A stretch of DNA of 61,568 nt, filler included, from Jimgerdemannia flammicorona (GCA_003990765.1; 2 parts of 2 records of this genome joined end to end with filler, not necessarily neighbours in it); one strand, 5' to 3'. Counted from the first letter of the whole stretch, positions 47,372 to 61,568 are shown. Notes: a model not told the origin generated them from the sequence alone. Numbers and translations: made by a program.

Positions 47372-49750
47372 TGTGATGTACACAATTGACAATAGAGTAC
47401 CGGTGACTGCTAAGATCAGACGACATAATGGCATGACAATCAAATAGACAGCCTGACCCATTAGGTGATCATCCCAAAAGAAGACAAGATGATCCGAGCC
47501 AAAATGAAGACCACGTTATTTAAGGAACCATACTCCACCTCAAGGATCAGCACCAAAGAACCAAGTACCCACCACACAATACCTCCCATTCGCCGAACCA
47601 ATCAGACCTCCCGCTGCTCTACCCCTTTGCCTGGCCCAAAGACCCTGATCTTTGAAGCTATCAAGAAGGCCATCTGGCGCCCAGATACTTCCGAACACTT
47701 GAACTTCTACACTGAGAACCTTGGACACTTTATCAACTACCAGTATATAATGACCCAACAGCTCAAAGACACTACCAAATGAATGACCCTCTGGCATGAC
47801 TATGAAATCGGACACTGCCTTCACAATGAGACTCAAGAAGGCGACCAGGAAGACCTCATTGCCGAAATGTTAACCACCAGCCGGCTAATCAAGAGAGCCC
47901 TCTGTGTCCATCAAATCTTCTGCCATATTCCCTGGGCTATAGCACACTTGCAAGGAGTGATAGCTGGTAGCCTCTCCCACCTTTCAACTAAAGATGCTGA
48001 CTGGATAGAATCTGAAGTAGCCAATGCTATTGGCAGCAACTACATCGCTATAGGAAGCCAACAAACCAAACCTACTCAGCCAGGTTTCCACACCACCCCA
48101 CTCCAAGACAACCATCAAGGTCACCTAATGAGTCTTATGGAGATATTTGAAGGACCACCCATCACTATAGAGGCACCCATTGGAGCTACCCCAACCACCC
48201 ACCACCCTGTCAGCCACAATTCACACCTCATCATTTGGGAACCGAATCAAGAGGAGGCCCAAGAACTCCAAGACCCTGCCTCTGAAGAAACCCCCTCTGA
48301 TACTGAAACTGACGAGCCTTCAGAAGAAGAAGAGGAGCAACAGAGAGTCTACCAGTCCTCTGTCCGCATTCAAGCTATTCAAGGGTTGGAGAATGTTGTT
48401 GAAGATGACTGGCCACTTTTCTACCCCCTCACCTCTTGGCCGGCACGTCCCCCCTTTGAGGAGAGATATGATGAAGAAGAAATCACAACTCAGCAAGATT
48501 TGCCTGCTACGGACGAAGGGTACTATTTCCTCTAGAGTACCACCCATCAGCCATGAGAACCTAGCTTTTGTCAGCAAGTCCATTTCCAGCATTGCTACCC
48601 AGTACCACCATTTTCAGCATTTTGTCAGCAGGTCCAAATCCAGCATTGCCACCCTCCACAACTGCTTCTGGCAACAATCATCATATCATGTCAGCTCATC
48701 CGAATCCAGCATTGCTACCCAGTACCACCATTTTCAGCATTTTGTCAGCTCATCTGAATCCAGCATTGCTATCCCCTATAACCCAATCCATAGTAAACAA
48801 TGGCCTGCACCTCACATTGTGCAAGCCAATAGTATAGCGAAGTTTGCCACAACATAGTATACCTTAGCCTTAGTTGCGCCCCCTCCCCCATAGCTAGCAA
48901 ACTTGTATAAATAACCCATATTCTTAGAGTGAATAAACCTCAGTCAGTTTGTGTTTAAAAGTAAAAGGGATTACAGAGAAACCACTGCCTCCAAGAGCAG
49001 ATAAATTCTGAGAACAAGATAACTAGAGCAACGATTGCTCGAGGTTTGAGTTAAAGAATTTTCTCTTACTATGGAAAGAAAACATTACCTGACCACCACC
49101 ATTCGACCGCCATTCGAGACCCGAGACCCAGCCAAGGATTCAAGACCAGACCAACATTTGGACCACCATTCAGACCGCCATTCAAGACCCAAGACCCAGC
49201 CAAGGATTCAAGACCAGACCGCCATTCGGACTGCCATTCGGACCACGCATTCAGACTGCCATTCGAGATTCAAGACCCAGAAACCCAAGGATATCCAGCC
49301 AAAGGATACTAGACTGCCAAAGACTGACCCACTGCCAAAGACCCGAACGACCGCCAGGAACCTAACAAGTTAAGATGGATGAGCAAGCCATCAACCTCCA
49401 TTTTTCTGAGCTACTGCACCATGAACTGTTCAAAGTCAAGCCCATCATCACCACCAAGTTATTCGCCGCCCTTTTCCACTGGATATTGAGCCATTGAACA
49501 ATCAAACGACCTCATCCACTAAACAATTGAGCCACCATCATTGAACAACCGAACATCCCCACCATCGACATCCTGAGCCCTCTGATGAACAATCGAATTC
49601 CCACTATCAATTATCGCACGTTTCGAATGACATGTCATGTGACCATCGCCCGCGAACGTCACCAACGCCTTCAGTTATACATCGCGCGCTTCACCAGTGG
49701 CACACATTAAGCCGTGCAGTCGAAGTTCATTATACATAACTGACACCACA
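47372..49750 (+). repeat. E4 3' LTR (2379 bp)
   Basis: TGTGATG...CACCACA, duplicate of the 5' LTR. Confidence 0.96.
47579..48535 (+). pseudogene. Accessory ORF in E4 3' LTR
   Basis: Same ORF; ATG>ATA and one CGA>TGA, otherwise open (47783-48535). Confidence 0.85.
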
Positions 49751-52454
49751 ATAGATATCTTTCAATTTAATTTCATTTCTGAGCATTATCAGTTATTAGA
49801 TTGATCTTAATTACAACTTAAATCTCTTACTCTTGACTTCATCAAACTTACTGGTCCTCATTCTAAAGAAAACATTGCAGATATTTTTATTAGTTATATT
49901 CTGAAGCTTAAAATCACAACTAAGATAAAAAGAGAGACTTGCTATCAGTTGGCATTTTGAGAGAAGTCTTAAAACAAACTAGATTTTAATAATTATTTAT
50001 TTTCACATAAATTTGCCAACTGAATATTTCAAGTTACAGATTTTGGCCATTATAATAGACAATACTATAAACAACTCTACATTTTTCTGAATTTTAGTAA
50101 CTAGCCTTAAATAGGAAAATGTGGCCTTTTATATAAAAAACTACTATATATATTATCAGATCTATGTACTAAATCTTGCTATCAGAATAATCTTATGCAT
50201 GTAGACAAAATATCCAAAAGTAGGGAAACTCTGAATATTATTTCCAAGCTGTGCAAACTGGTTATATTAGCCTGATCATCTCAACAATAATGGGACAAAT
50301 TTACTATATAGTATAGAGTAATTAGTTTAGTATCAAAAGAGCTAATATTGAATGTCTATATATGTATATTAAAACTCAATATTTACAATAATTTAGTATA
50401 TACTGGAGTTTATTATGGTATGTACTCTTTTTTTAGTTGGCTGAAGCAAATTGTTTTAAATAACTGAGGATTGTTAATTAATTTCAAAATAAATTTTTTT
50501 TTTTTTTTTTTAAAAAAAAAGCCAATGTATTCAATAGTTGCTACTAATAAGAAAATACAGAGTGAGACAATAAATGAAAGTGAGTAGGATATACAAAGGA
50601 ATATTATCAGAGTTTTGAAAGTAAGTAATAATTGCTTTGAATTCAAGTTTATTTTATCTATCTCTATATAGTAATATAACAATTCACTATTATTAACTAC
50701 CAGTGTTTTAATAATTATATAAAGAATATAGTCAAATAAAATATCTCAATAATAAGCTCTGCAATACTGGTATATAATCTTTTGATTGATCAATTAGAAG
50801 ATAGGCTCCAGGACAGACTAGAGAGTAGTAATGATTTCTGGTTTAGTCTAGATCAGAGAGATGCTGTTGAGGTTACTGAGTAAGCTTAGAAAATAGTAGT
50901 TGCTCTTAAAAAAAAAGAGAAACTCCTGCAAAACTCAACCTCTTTTCTCAAAACAGTATTGGATTCATACTTAAAGCTATAATACTATAAAGATCAGAGG
51001 TAGGAGCAGTACTATATTAAGGAGACCAAGTAAGTCATAATTGAAATATATCAGAAAAACTATGTACTACTATAATGAAGGATCTCTTCTGTCATATATT
51101 TACTTCAGCAGAAAGAGAAAGTGAGAACTATTAGTAAAAGAACTACTATCAATAGATAAACTTACTATTTACCTTCTCAGCAACCATATGATCCTACTGG
51201 AGGATACAGAGCTACTCATTTAGTCAAAGATAGATTGTCATTTTTTCTGTAGATAGTTGGTGGAGTTGGGTCAATTTTAACTACTATTCTAATAACCATT
51301 TTACTTTCTAGAGTATGTGATCACAGATGCATCAAACAGACTTCCCCAATCTGTGTGGTATGACTTAGAATTACATGGCTATTTCTACTTCTAGTGCTCT
51401 AGTCAAGCAGGTGTTCTCTAGAGGAGTAGATCTCATTTCTCCTAAGGGAAGTATACTGAATACTGAGGCAATCTGAGATTGTATGTGCCTAAAGTCTTAG
51501 TAGAGTATAGGCTACTAAAATTGGGTAAGTCCTGTGATATTAAATAAATAAATTATTTTTTAAAAAAAAGAGAGTTCAGCTTAGAGTATAAGGTGATAGA
51601 TAAGGAAGCATATTAGAGTTTATAGTCTATAGGGGACTATCTGAGCAGTCTGAGTAGAGTAGAGACTGGTAGAGTTGATAGAGAGAGTGCATAGAATTTG
51701 TAGCCCTCTACTAGCAGTAAGGGGCAACTCTAAGCTATCAGTTAATGTATAAGGCTGGGTCAGAGGGAATATACAGAATTTGTAACCCAATGATCTACTA
51801 TAAGAAGTAGCTTTAAGCAATCATATTCCTGTACAGATTTGAGCCCCTGTACAGATTTGGGTCTCACAGGTACTATGGTCCTATACTGTAGTACTATATC
51901 AGTAGTACTATAAAGTAATGCTAAGAGACCAGTAGAGCCTAGCAAAAAGCTAAACTAGTGCTACAAAAGAGATATCTGACTGCCTGTCTAACCTTTACAA
52001 AAGATTGCTTAACTCTCACAAAACTACTCTATCTGCTGATTCCAGGCCTTGATGAGTCTAAATTAGTTCTATAATGTTTCATAAAATTCTATAATAAGCT
52101 ATAATAGAATAATTAGTACTGAGAAAAGACAAAAAATTTTCAGTGAAGTCTTAATATTAAGAAAAGATTATTAATATTCAGAGAGTATTAAAATATTATA
52201 TAAAGATAGAAAAGAATGAAGTAAAAAAAATATATAACTCAGAAATTATTATATTTCTCCCTTTTTAAAAATAAATATACTTAACAAAATTTCTTAAACT
52301 TATATTTGATATCATTATAAACAGTTAGTTAGTTTATTAAGTAAGAGCTAACAGTATAGTAGCTAAAGTATAAATCTTATACAGAAAAATCCTTATTGTC
52401 TAATTATATAATATCTACTAATAGTATACTTTATATATATATATATATATATAT

Positions 52455-53085
52455 TTTTTATAGTCACTTAGACTTTGCTATTTATTACTAGTCTATAAAT
52501 AAGTTTACAGTATCACCTCTCACTACCCTATTCCTATAGGGAAGCCTCTTCCTATATCATCATGAATAAAAACCACCTTCTCACCCACTATGCCTACCCT
52601 TCCCCCACTCTATCTACAGATTTTCTCCACTAAGTACTGCCTTCAACCACCCTATAATCCCTAACCAAGCCACAAGCCTGTCAAGGTGTCTTCTATAAGG
52701 CTATGCCAACACAACAGCCAGTCCCCCAAGCCCAGTCTCCTCTCCTCCTCAAAAACAAATAACCAGTGGCTGGCCAGCCCCACCTAAATCACCAAAATCC
52801 AGTCTAAGGTAAGCCACTCCTTCCCCACCCCCCTCCACCAGTCTATTTCTCAAATCCTCCCACTGACTCCATGCACTATCTCCCTGACACACTACCCCCA
52901 AACGATCCCTAAAAGTCTGCCAAAAGTCACTAAGTACCTCACACTCTCTTAGTCAATGTTCAGGCATCTGCACAAATTCCCCTTCCTGCTCAATATTGTG
53001 GCACTCCTCATAGTTGAAGCAACCCCCCTTGATAAGGTAACCTAAGTGGAAGTTAAGCATCACATTCCTCCTCACCATACACTAC
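52455..53085 (-). mobile_element. 5'-truncated LINE (LINE-A family) 3' end
   Basis: TTTTTATAGTCACTTAGACT is the reverse complement of the LINE-A terminus; similarity continues to LINE-A ~21060. Confidence 0.88.
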
Positions 53086-54540
53086 CAGAGTATATCTTAT
53101 ACATATATATATCTTTATATTTAAATTTATTAAATTGTTTATTGGGATGGTAACTCAATATATAGATATATGACTTTATGCCATATGCCATTCTAGTACT
53201 TATTTCAAAATAACTCAACTTATAATTTATTCTATTACTCATTTGAGTTAGTAGAGATAAAAAAAAAAAAAAAAAAAAAATCTGAAGATTTGGCACTTTT
53301 AGAATTATTGCATCCTACTTAATAATTATCAAAAAAAGGAATATTCAAGATAAAAAATCACTTTTAGGGCAATGATAAATTCTTTCTCATATAAATAGTA
53401 TACAGACTACTGATCAAATATAGTAATGATGATAATAAAGTAATAATAGTGATAATGATAATAATGGTAATAATAGTGGTTGGAGAGAGTTTTGATAAAA
53501 TATTATAGAGATTCAGATCTTAGAATTTATTAACCTTATAGCTATTATATAGCAGTTTTTGTGGAGAAGCTAATAAAGATATAGGTTGTAATTATATAAT
53601 ATATATTTTTAATTATAAGATGATTAATTTCACTTTGATCTAAATTTTATTTTTTTTTATTTTTTTTTCTTTCTATCCTTAGAGCCTACAACTCTATAAT
53701 AAGATCTGCTATCTTTATTTATAATATCTAGTTAAGATAAAGAAGTCTAGAGAATCATTTAAGATATATCTTTAGTAGCTAGTTATTGAGTTAAGATATT
53801 ATATGACCAAAATCTCAAAAGGAATAGAACTAAGTATTTATAATCATTCTTATATAACTCAACTATATGTAATTAAATTTTTTTAAAAAATAAATTTGCT
53901 AAATTCACAATAACTTATATTTCAAACTAAAATCTATTCTTAGATTAAGACTTAGTTTTACTATAGAAGGAAATTCAAAGTAATCCAAGTTCAAATATAT
54001 CTAGCTTCTGATAAATTAAAGAAGTTGAGTGCTAGTTATTCAGTATGAGTAATATTAGTATAATTATTAAGGCTTGGAACCAATATTCAAATCAAAAAAA
54101 ATTATATTATTATTAATAAATATAGAGAGGGGTTTATGCTAGTAATGTAGAGTCTCTTTAATGAAGAACTTTACTACTATTTTAATTAGATTTATGAGAA
54201 TTTTATGTATAAAATATTAGATAATAGAGAAAAGTGAGTATAATAAGTAAAGAGGAGAAGTTTGAATAAGAAATAAATATATAGTAATATTAGCAAAGAG
54301 TGGGTTTCTATATTTTTTCAAATTTCTCACATCTGATAATTTTTAAAGAAATTAATGAATCATATTATAAATATCTAAAGATATATATATAGAATACTAT
54401 ACTCTTATTGAAATTTTAAAAGTAAATTAAAGATCAAGTTACTTATAAGTATAATATAGCCTGTATAATAAATACAGCTATGTTCTGAGAATATTTGAGT
54501 ATATTGCTGGAGTGAACAGCAGACTAGCTTAGCAGTATTC

Positions 54541-54602
54541 TTAGGATTGGATTAGGGTTAGGGGTAGAGTTAGGGTAGGGTTATGTTAGGGTTAGATGTA
54601 GG
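54541..54602 (+). repeat. Degenerate interstitial (TTAGGG)n-like tract
   Basis: About 10 imperfect units, several of them exact TTAGGG. Confidence 0.65.
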
Positions 54603-57519
54603 CTTTAAGTAATAATTTATTCATTATAGAATAGGCAAAGTATATAGAGACAACAAACAGTAAAGCCACCAAAGATAAGAAGAGAATAGTTGTTCGAAAT
54701 ATCTAAAATATATTTAGTTAATAAAAAATAGTTATAATATTATATAAGACAAAAAGAATAAAGTAAAAGAGATCAGTAAAGTAAACAAATAGCTAGGAAA
54801 AACTAATCAAAGGCCAGAGAAGCAACTAGTCAAGAAACAGACTAGATAAACTATTTTTGTTATAGCTATAAAGAAGATAAGAATATAAAAGTAAAGATAA
54901 AAGAGATTAAGTAAATATATATATATCTAATATAAACTATAGAGTATAAATATCATCAACTGAAATATCAAATATCTGATATAAAATGAATTATTCAATA
55001 TGCTCTCAACTATGAAGAAATTAGAATTAATTAGAATATATAAGAAAAAATGAAATTCTAAAGAAAATATATAACTACTCAATTATCTAAGTTCTTTATA
55101 ATTTCAATTAATCAGAACTTAACCATAAGATGGTTATCAGAATTATGTAAGTATCTATAGTATAGTAGACTGTCTCATACAGAGCATAAAGAAAAAAGAT
55201 ACAAATTTCTCTTACTTTTATTATTAGTAAACCAGTCTAACTACTTATGATTAGAATTACTTTAAAAAGCTAAATATGAACTATTAAGGAGACTATATCT
55301 AGGAGATAACTTTAATAAAACCAATTACAATAAAGACAGGGGCAGGGTTGGCTAAAGTAGCTATAGTAACAGATGAGAAGAGAATGTATAAGTCAGAAAG
55401 AGATAGAGAGAATATAATTAGCCTTATATAACTGCAAGCAGCTATGAGATGTCTATATCAAATAAGTATTTGAAAGAAGATCTGAAAAAAGAAATAGAGT
55501 AAATATACTTTATATATCTAGTAGCTAAAGTCTCAGTACTAGTTAAGAAAGTTAAGCCAGAAGATCTATTAATAGACCTTTTTAATAATAAAACCTAAAA
55601 GAGATATATATGATGAAATATATACTAAGAGAGCTGATAGAATTATTATCAGACTTATCCCACTAGTCAAGATAGACATAAAATATATAGCAGAGGTATG
55701 ATATATAATAAAGAAAAGAAAAGAGATTAAAAATTGAATACTAAATAAGAACTTACTATAAAATTAAGCTGCCTAAGCAATAAACTCATTAAAGATCTTC
55801 TCAGGATATTTCAATATCTAAAGCCCTATAGTAGTAGCTAGACAAGATGCCTAAATAAGAGAAAGGCCATATTTTAACTAAGGTTTAATAAATATTAGTA
55901 TAATAGTCAGCTTAACTGTAGACAATCAGAGAGAACTATGAGTATAATAGAAGTCAAGAGTTCATTCTACCTTAGCTATATTCTGCAATATTAGATTGAT
56001 AAAGTTAAACTCTTTATTAGTATATAATATACCAAGATATATATAAGAGAGAGACTATAGATATAGTTTGTCTCCAATGAGTATGGTATAGTTAGTTGGA
56101 CTAATATAACCACACTTTTTGAGATTGAGCTCTATATTATTGATATAGAGCCAATCCTTATAGAGATTGATCATCCTCTATCTCTCTATAGTAGTATAAG
56201 GGATGAGAGCAATATTATCTGTAAAAAAAAATTCTAATAAGAAGTTATATATCATAAAGAAATTATCAAAGAGGTCAATAAAGATATCAAAATACAAAAG
56301 AGAGAGGAGGGAGCTCTGAAAGAGATTGTACTCACTATAGACTAGGGGTATGATGTAGATATTAATAATTATCTAATAAGAATAGTAATTGAAAAGACTA
56401 TGCATAATACTAAAAAGAGCTATATCAGTATCTTATATCACAAGCTAAGTAGAATAAGCTTAACAAGAACTCAATTATATATCTATCAAAGATCCAAAAA
56501 GATATAATAGCTTTATCTCTTTACTTATATCTTGTGCAAGAGTAAGATATGAGAGAGAGATGAGAAGTAGATTCAGAAGCTGTCTTAGCAGTATAATAAT
56601 ACTGTCAGACTACTTTGGTTCTTGATGTAGTTTTCCAAACAGTACTCAAAGAGTTGGTAAAATATCTTAGTAAGAGTGATAGAGCAAAAATCATCAATAG
56701 TATAAGTTAGGAATCTGGAAAATGATAGTAGTATTTTAGTAATAGAGAGTGAGTCTCCAAACTATATATAACTAGAAGAAAAAAAAAAGGCTTTCAACAG
56801 ACTATAGAGAGTATTCTTCTTACTTACTATCACCTAAAGAATCTAAATATATAAAGGGTCAGCCTCATAGATCTTTATGAGAAATAGCTATAAATGGCCC
56901 TCTATACTACAGACTGATCAAACTAAAACTACAGTCTAAGGATCTGCTAAGAGAGAAGATATCTTCAGAATTATTAAGATATATCAGACTGGCCAAAGGT
57001 TGTAGAAAGTAAGTAATATATTATTAAATATATAGATAGCAAGATGAACTCAGAATATTCTTATAGATAGACTATAGACTAGAGATCAAAAGAGAGTCAA
57101 GAGAATCTACAAACTCTTAATAATCTTCTATGGAGTAAAAGTCAGAGATATAGTCCTAAATGGCATTAATGGACTGAATAATAATATTGTAAATAATATC
57201 TGAAGATTTCAGAATATGAGCTTGAATAATAAGACTAGAGAGATACTTTATAGAGAGTTAATAGATATCAACCATAATAGTAACTAGTAAGAGAGAGAAG
57301 AGGAGAAGATAGTGAGAAAAAAAGAGTAGTCAGTAGTAATAAAGAGAGTAGAATATAAGAGAGATATATGGAGAGATATAGTAATATTGAGAACTGCTCT
57401 TTTCTCTATTATTATACTATTATAAGATTTTGAAGTTTCTTTTTATAACTTATTCTCTCTCTACCTCTGGTTGATTTGCTATATCTGTTGCAGAGTAGTA
57501 AGAGAGAGACAATAGTGAT

Positions 57520-57897
57520 ACTGGCTATTTGAGTTGGTCTTATCAGATATTAGCTATATATATTTGAGGATAATCAGTAGCTGGTGCTTAGAGTATAAGT
57601 TGTAAGATAGAAATAGTTATTATTGGACCTATTGAATAGTTAGTGGCAGGGGTGGGGACCTGAAAGGAGGCTCCATAGGAGGCTTATAGAGAAGATAATA
57701 GATAAAGTTGAGAGAGAATTGAGATTGCTGAGAAGATAGTATATTTCTGAAGAGATGGGGAAGAGTGGAGAGAGGAAGAGGGAGAGAGGCTCTATGTGAG
57801 ATTAGGTGAGGGGTACTTTTGGACATTTGTATTAGTATAACATAGATTGGAGGATAATAAAGTAGAAGTCCAAGAAACTATATAAAAAAAAAAAAAA
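57520..57897 (+). mobile_element. 5'-truncated LINE tail (LINE-B-like)
   Basis: Matches 29420-29765; AATAAA, poly(A) and 15-bp TSD AGAGACAATAGTGAT (57505-57519/57898-57912). Confidence 0.9.
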
Positions 57898-58749
57898 AGA
57901 GACAATAGTGATGTATTGTCTCTTTATTAGTATCAGATTGATACTTCCTCTATTTTTTTTATAGTTCTGATACCTCTTATTATATCTAGAAAATATCTAT
58001 TTGATATAGTACTTTTTTTCTTTAGCTATTATCAATAAGGTATCATTATAGTATATAAATATCAAATATCAATATAGATTATCTACAGGTTATCAGTATC
58101 TATAGTAGAGTTCTCTGAGCTTTGGTAAGCTTTCTGATAAGTGTGGTTCTGAAATAAGTAACTGTTTTTTTGGATAGTATTGGAATTGGGGAAGAGATGA
58201 TCATTATAGTTAAGAGAAAGAGTAATAATAGTGAATTAGTCAAGTGTCAGAATGGGGACAGTTATTGAAGTTAGAGTAAATATTATTTCAGTAGAGTCTT
58301 TTAATTAGCTAATAGACAGTAGAGTAGTATAGTATTGACATTTTGATTATACCTAGCCAGAACTAAGAGCTAATATATATAGCAATATATGCAATTGAGA
58401 CTTATCATAAATTTATTCAACTTTCATTTGATAGTTGGAGGGTTTTTCTTATTTTTAGATTTTATTTAAGATTAGAGAGATTATATTATTCAGTTCTGAT
58501 ATAACTGAATCTGATATATAGATGTACTCTCATGATCTTAGACTGATAATTCAGCTTTAGTAAAAAACTAGTCTATATATATAGTAAAAGTCAGTATATT
58601 CAACATATATAGCTAGAATGATAAAACTTCTAGTTCTCTCTATAGCTTAAGAATAATAGAAAGATAGTACTCAGAGAGAAGTGGGGGAGAGTTTTGGCCT
58701 ATATTGTCTAGGTTCTCTTCTAATTAAAATCTACAAAGACTTAATTCTA

Positions 58750-58779
<30 letters not shown>

Positions 58780-58781
<2 letters not shown>

Positions 58782-60152
58782 GATATAATAGTAAACATAT
58801 AGTCAACATATGGAACCAGTGACCAGAATCAAGTGGTTCAATAATTACATTATTATGAAGATGTTGACAATATCTATCTGATTCTGAGGACTAGAGATAA
58901 TATTATGTTATTACTAATTAATAAAACCTTATTCTTAAAGAAATTAGATATAAGATTATAGAAAACACTAATAGAAAGAGAGAGAGAGATAAATACTCTA
59001 ACTAATACCAGACTCTGAAATATGAGCTAGATATAGAAGAGATCAGTAGAGGACTCCAAAATGAGTAAAGTGAAATAGTTTGATACAAGGACTATGAGAC
59101 TACTATTTTGATAACCTACAACTCTGTATAAGGTAGGTGGAGAAGATATATCTATAAAGGAGTAGAGATAGATATATAAAGTAGAATATAGTATATTTTA
59201 TAGATAAAAAGAATATTGAGAATAGAACCAATCAATCAACTAAGTATATTGAACTTTTTCTAAGTTAGCCTATATATATTGAGAAACCTAACACTTATTA
59301 GTAGTTAGATATATTAATATCAATAGCTAGAGAGATATCTAAAACAGAGACTTCTATCTTAAGATTTATTATCATCTCACCTATCTAGCAATGATATCAC
59401 CTGCCTTAAAAGTGGGACTGGCTAATAAGAATATAAGAAAGAGAAGGTTAAAGTTGAGTTCTGTAATCTACTCTTATAGAAGTTTTATATCTCAGGTCCC
59501 TTTACAGTAGTATTACTAGACAGCTATCAATCCAAGTGTGGAAAGACTGAAGTACTCATATTTTCACAGCCTTCATAGTATTCACATTATAGGAGAGAGT
59601 GAATTCTCAGATCAAGAGTACTGACCCAAGTATTTTTGTCTTCTTTTGGAATACTATAATATAATTAAAGTATAAAAGAAACTTAATAGTCAATGCTAAG
59701 ATGTATAATATATTGAGAATCTTAAACAATATAATATAGATGTTGTATAAGTTCTTTTAGATCCATCTAATCTTCAAATAAGCAAATCTATTAATATAAA
59801 TATACTGCAGTCTAGTACTCTTCTCAGTTGATAATAAATGAGAGATTGGCTTTTAGATCATAATATGAAGATGGTTGCAGCAGTAACCCTCTCTAGTTCA
59901 GAGTAGATCTGGGTCCTATTCTTGATAGAGATCTTCTAGATAATAGCAATATAAGATTTGGAAGCAGAGCTCAAAGCAGGAGACAGAGATAGGTCTTAAA
60001 TCTATAGGTGAGATCTGAGATATTAGTTCAGGAGCCTTAGCCTTGCTCTTTTTAAGGGGTGCAGACTTGGTGACTAAAGGCAGAGCTGTAGGAGTTGCCT
60101 CCTTTAGCAATAGACCAGTTTGCAATATAGTGGCTTTAGCAGCCTGCTTATC
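58780..60152. mobile_element. Possible eroded LTR-retrotransposon remnants
   Basis: Weak integrase C-terminal-like text (KVG..GPFTV near 59410-59510); not resolvable further. Confidence 0.3.
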
Positions 60153-61552
60153 TGTAAGAGGGTTACTTATTAGAGTAACTGTTATGTAGTTCTGAAAGAG
60201 TTCTCTAGAAGTTCTGGATATTCTGGAAGACTGTTTTCTTAAGGTCAAGATCAATTTCGTATGAAGTATGTCCTCTATGCTTATTGATTTCAAGATTGGG
60301 TTAATATCTTAACCAAAGTTCTTTTTCATACTAGTTCTGGATGTTCAGGATTTTCTGTATTTCAGGAAGTTCAAGAAACTAAGACCAGCTTAGTTGAATT
60401 GGTGTATCACTGCAGACAATACCCAATTAGGAAATTTTGTGATGGGGTTAGAAGTGGGACCTAATAAAAAGTGGATTTACTTAAGAATAGTTTGTGGGTT
60501 ATTAAATAGGTTTATTCGCTATTTATGATATTGCTATACTAGGAGTAGTTGCATAAAGGGGTATTGTAGGGAAGTGTTCAGGAATGTTCTTGTGTATTTG
60601 AGTCTGAGATTCTGAGGTCTGGGAAAGGAGATATTTATACTAGTGAGAGGATATCTGGGCTATATTAGATATGAATATAGCACTTAGTGCCTTGCTGAGT
60701 CAGAATGCAGTTATATAGTACAAGTGTGATCTGACATGTCAAGAGATTGTCTGACTGCTGAGTCAGTTCACAGTTACATCATACTAAGCTAATTTAACTA
60801 TACTTTGACTGCTAAGCTATCTATAGATTTAGATGCTATCTGATTAGTCTTTGATGACATCACTATGGATGACATCATCTCTGGCAAAGTCTGAGCAGTT
60901 TTCTGACTTCTGACATCATCAGTTTGAAAGGTGTCATCACTTCTATCTTTTGTAAGATTAAGGCTATCCTTAGTGGTAGTGGTTGTATAAGAATAACAGG
61001 TCTTAGTTCTCTTTTTTTTTTAGACTACTGGCACATTTGTGAGAACTGGCCATTCTTGTCTAGGGCAAGGGCTCCCAATGTCATGGCTGGGGGTTCAAAC
61101 CTCTTGAAAATGATATTTTCTGTAATCTGAGGTAGTTTCTAGTAGTAATATCTATCATATAGATAGCTTGAGATTGGTTTCAATGATGTTGGCTTTCTTG
61201 AGTTCAGATGAAGTATCTGTCATTCTCCAATAGAGGTGATACAGATAGAGTGAATAGAGTTGTTCAAATGTATTTTACTTCTGCTAAGTAATGAGGTCTT
61301 GTATAGTCACAATATATCTTGGTCTTGAGTTGATAAGTGTAGTTCATGAATCTGTGATGGATGAGATAGAGTTCTTCTTGTCTTGGTTTGATTTTGGTAC
61401 TTTCAGTTTCCTTTTATAATAGTACAGTATACATACCAAACTAATTATAGAGATTCAGAGTTGGTCTTATGGTTATAGTACTTCTTCTGGTATTCTTGTA
61501 TCTTGGTAGTAGGTTCTCATGCTTACTAGCATATTTTGTGTAACCAGATGAT
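60153..61552 (-). mobile_element. 3' end of gypsy element E5: integrase tail, spacer, PPT, family-X LTR (60153-~60942)
   Basis: The reverse complement of 60943-61545 aligns with E4 46730-47371; the LTR matches 30846-31647. Confidence 0.85.
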
Positions 61553-61568
61553 CTCTTTTTTTTTTTTT

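Larger units (their letters stand above)
37186..49750 (+). mobile_element. Ty3/gypsy LTR retrotransposon E4, dUTPase-bearing, 2.4-kb LTRs
   Basis: LTRs 37186-39550 and 47372-49750 (TG...CA), 4-bp TSD ATAG (37182-37185/49751-49754), PPT AAGGGGCAGA at 47362-47371, all pol domains present. Confidence 0.97.

Noticed and set aside
50000..52400. Host gene in the AT-rich interval
   Set aside because: Only short low-complexity ORFs; no recognisable motifs or splice structure.

Overview
Eukaryotic, probably fungal, transposon graveyard with no recognisable host gene, RNA gene or CRISPR array. It holds four large Ty3/gypsy LTR retrotransposons: E1 <1-7604 (+); E2 8347-23030 (-), complete, with TTAT target-site duplication (TSD); E3 31648-~34780 (+), partial; E4 37186-49750 (+), with ATAG TSD. 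It also holds the 3' end of a fifth element, two full-length L1/Tx1-like LINEs (one with a 15-bp TSD inside E2's 5' LTR), several LINE tails, eroded remnants and a 100-bp scaffold gap. All copies are inactivated mostly by C>T/G>A changes. Comparing the divergent copies reveals an unusual, retrovirus-like genome plan. (1) A dUTPase lies between protease and RT; in E1/E4 it is preceded by conserved uncharacterised Cys/His modules and followed by a degenerate dUTPase-like domain. (2) In E1/E4 a probable -1 ribosomal frameshift lies after the dUTPase region, just before RT. (3) Integrase is a separate ORF with its own ATG in all four elements. (4) A homologous uncharacterised accessory gene lies between integrase and the PPT in E1/E3 but inside the LTR (U3) in E2/E4. 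All family assignments come from motifs read by eye; no database searches were run.
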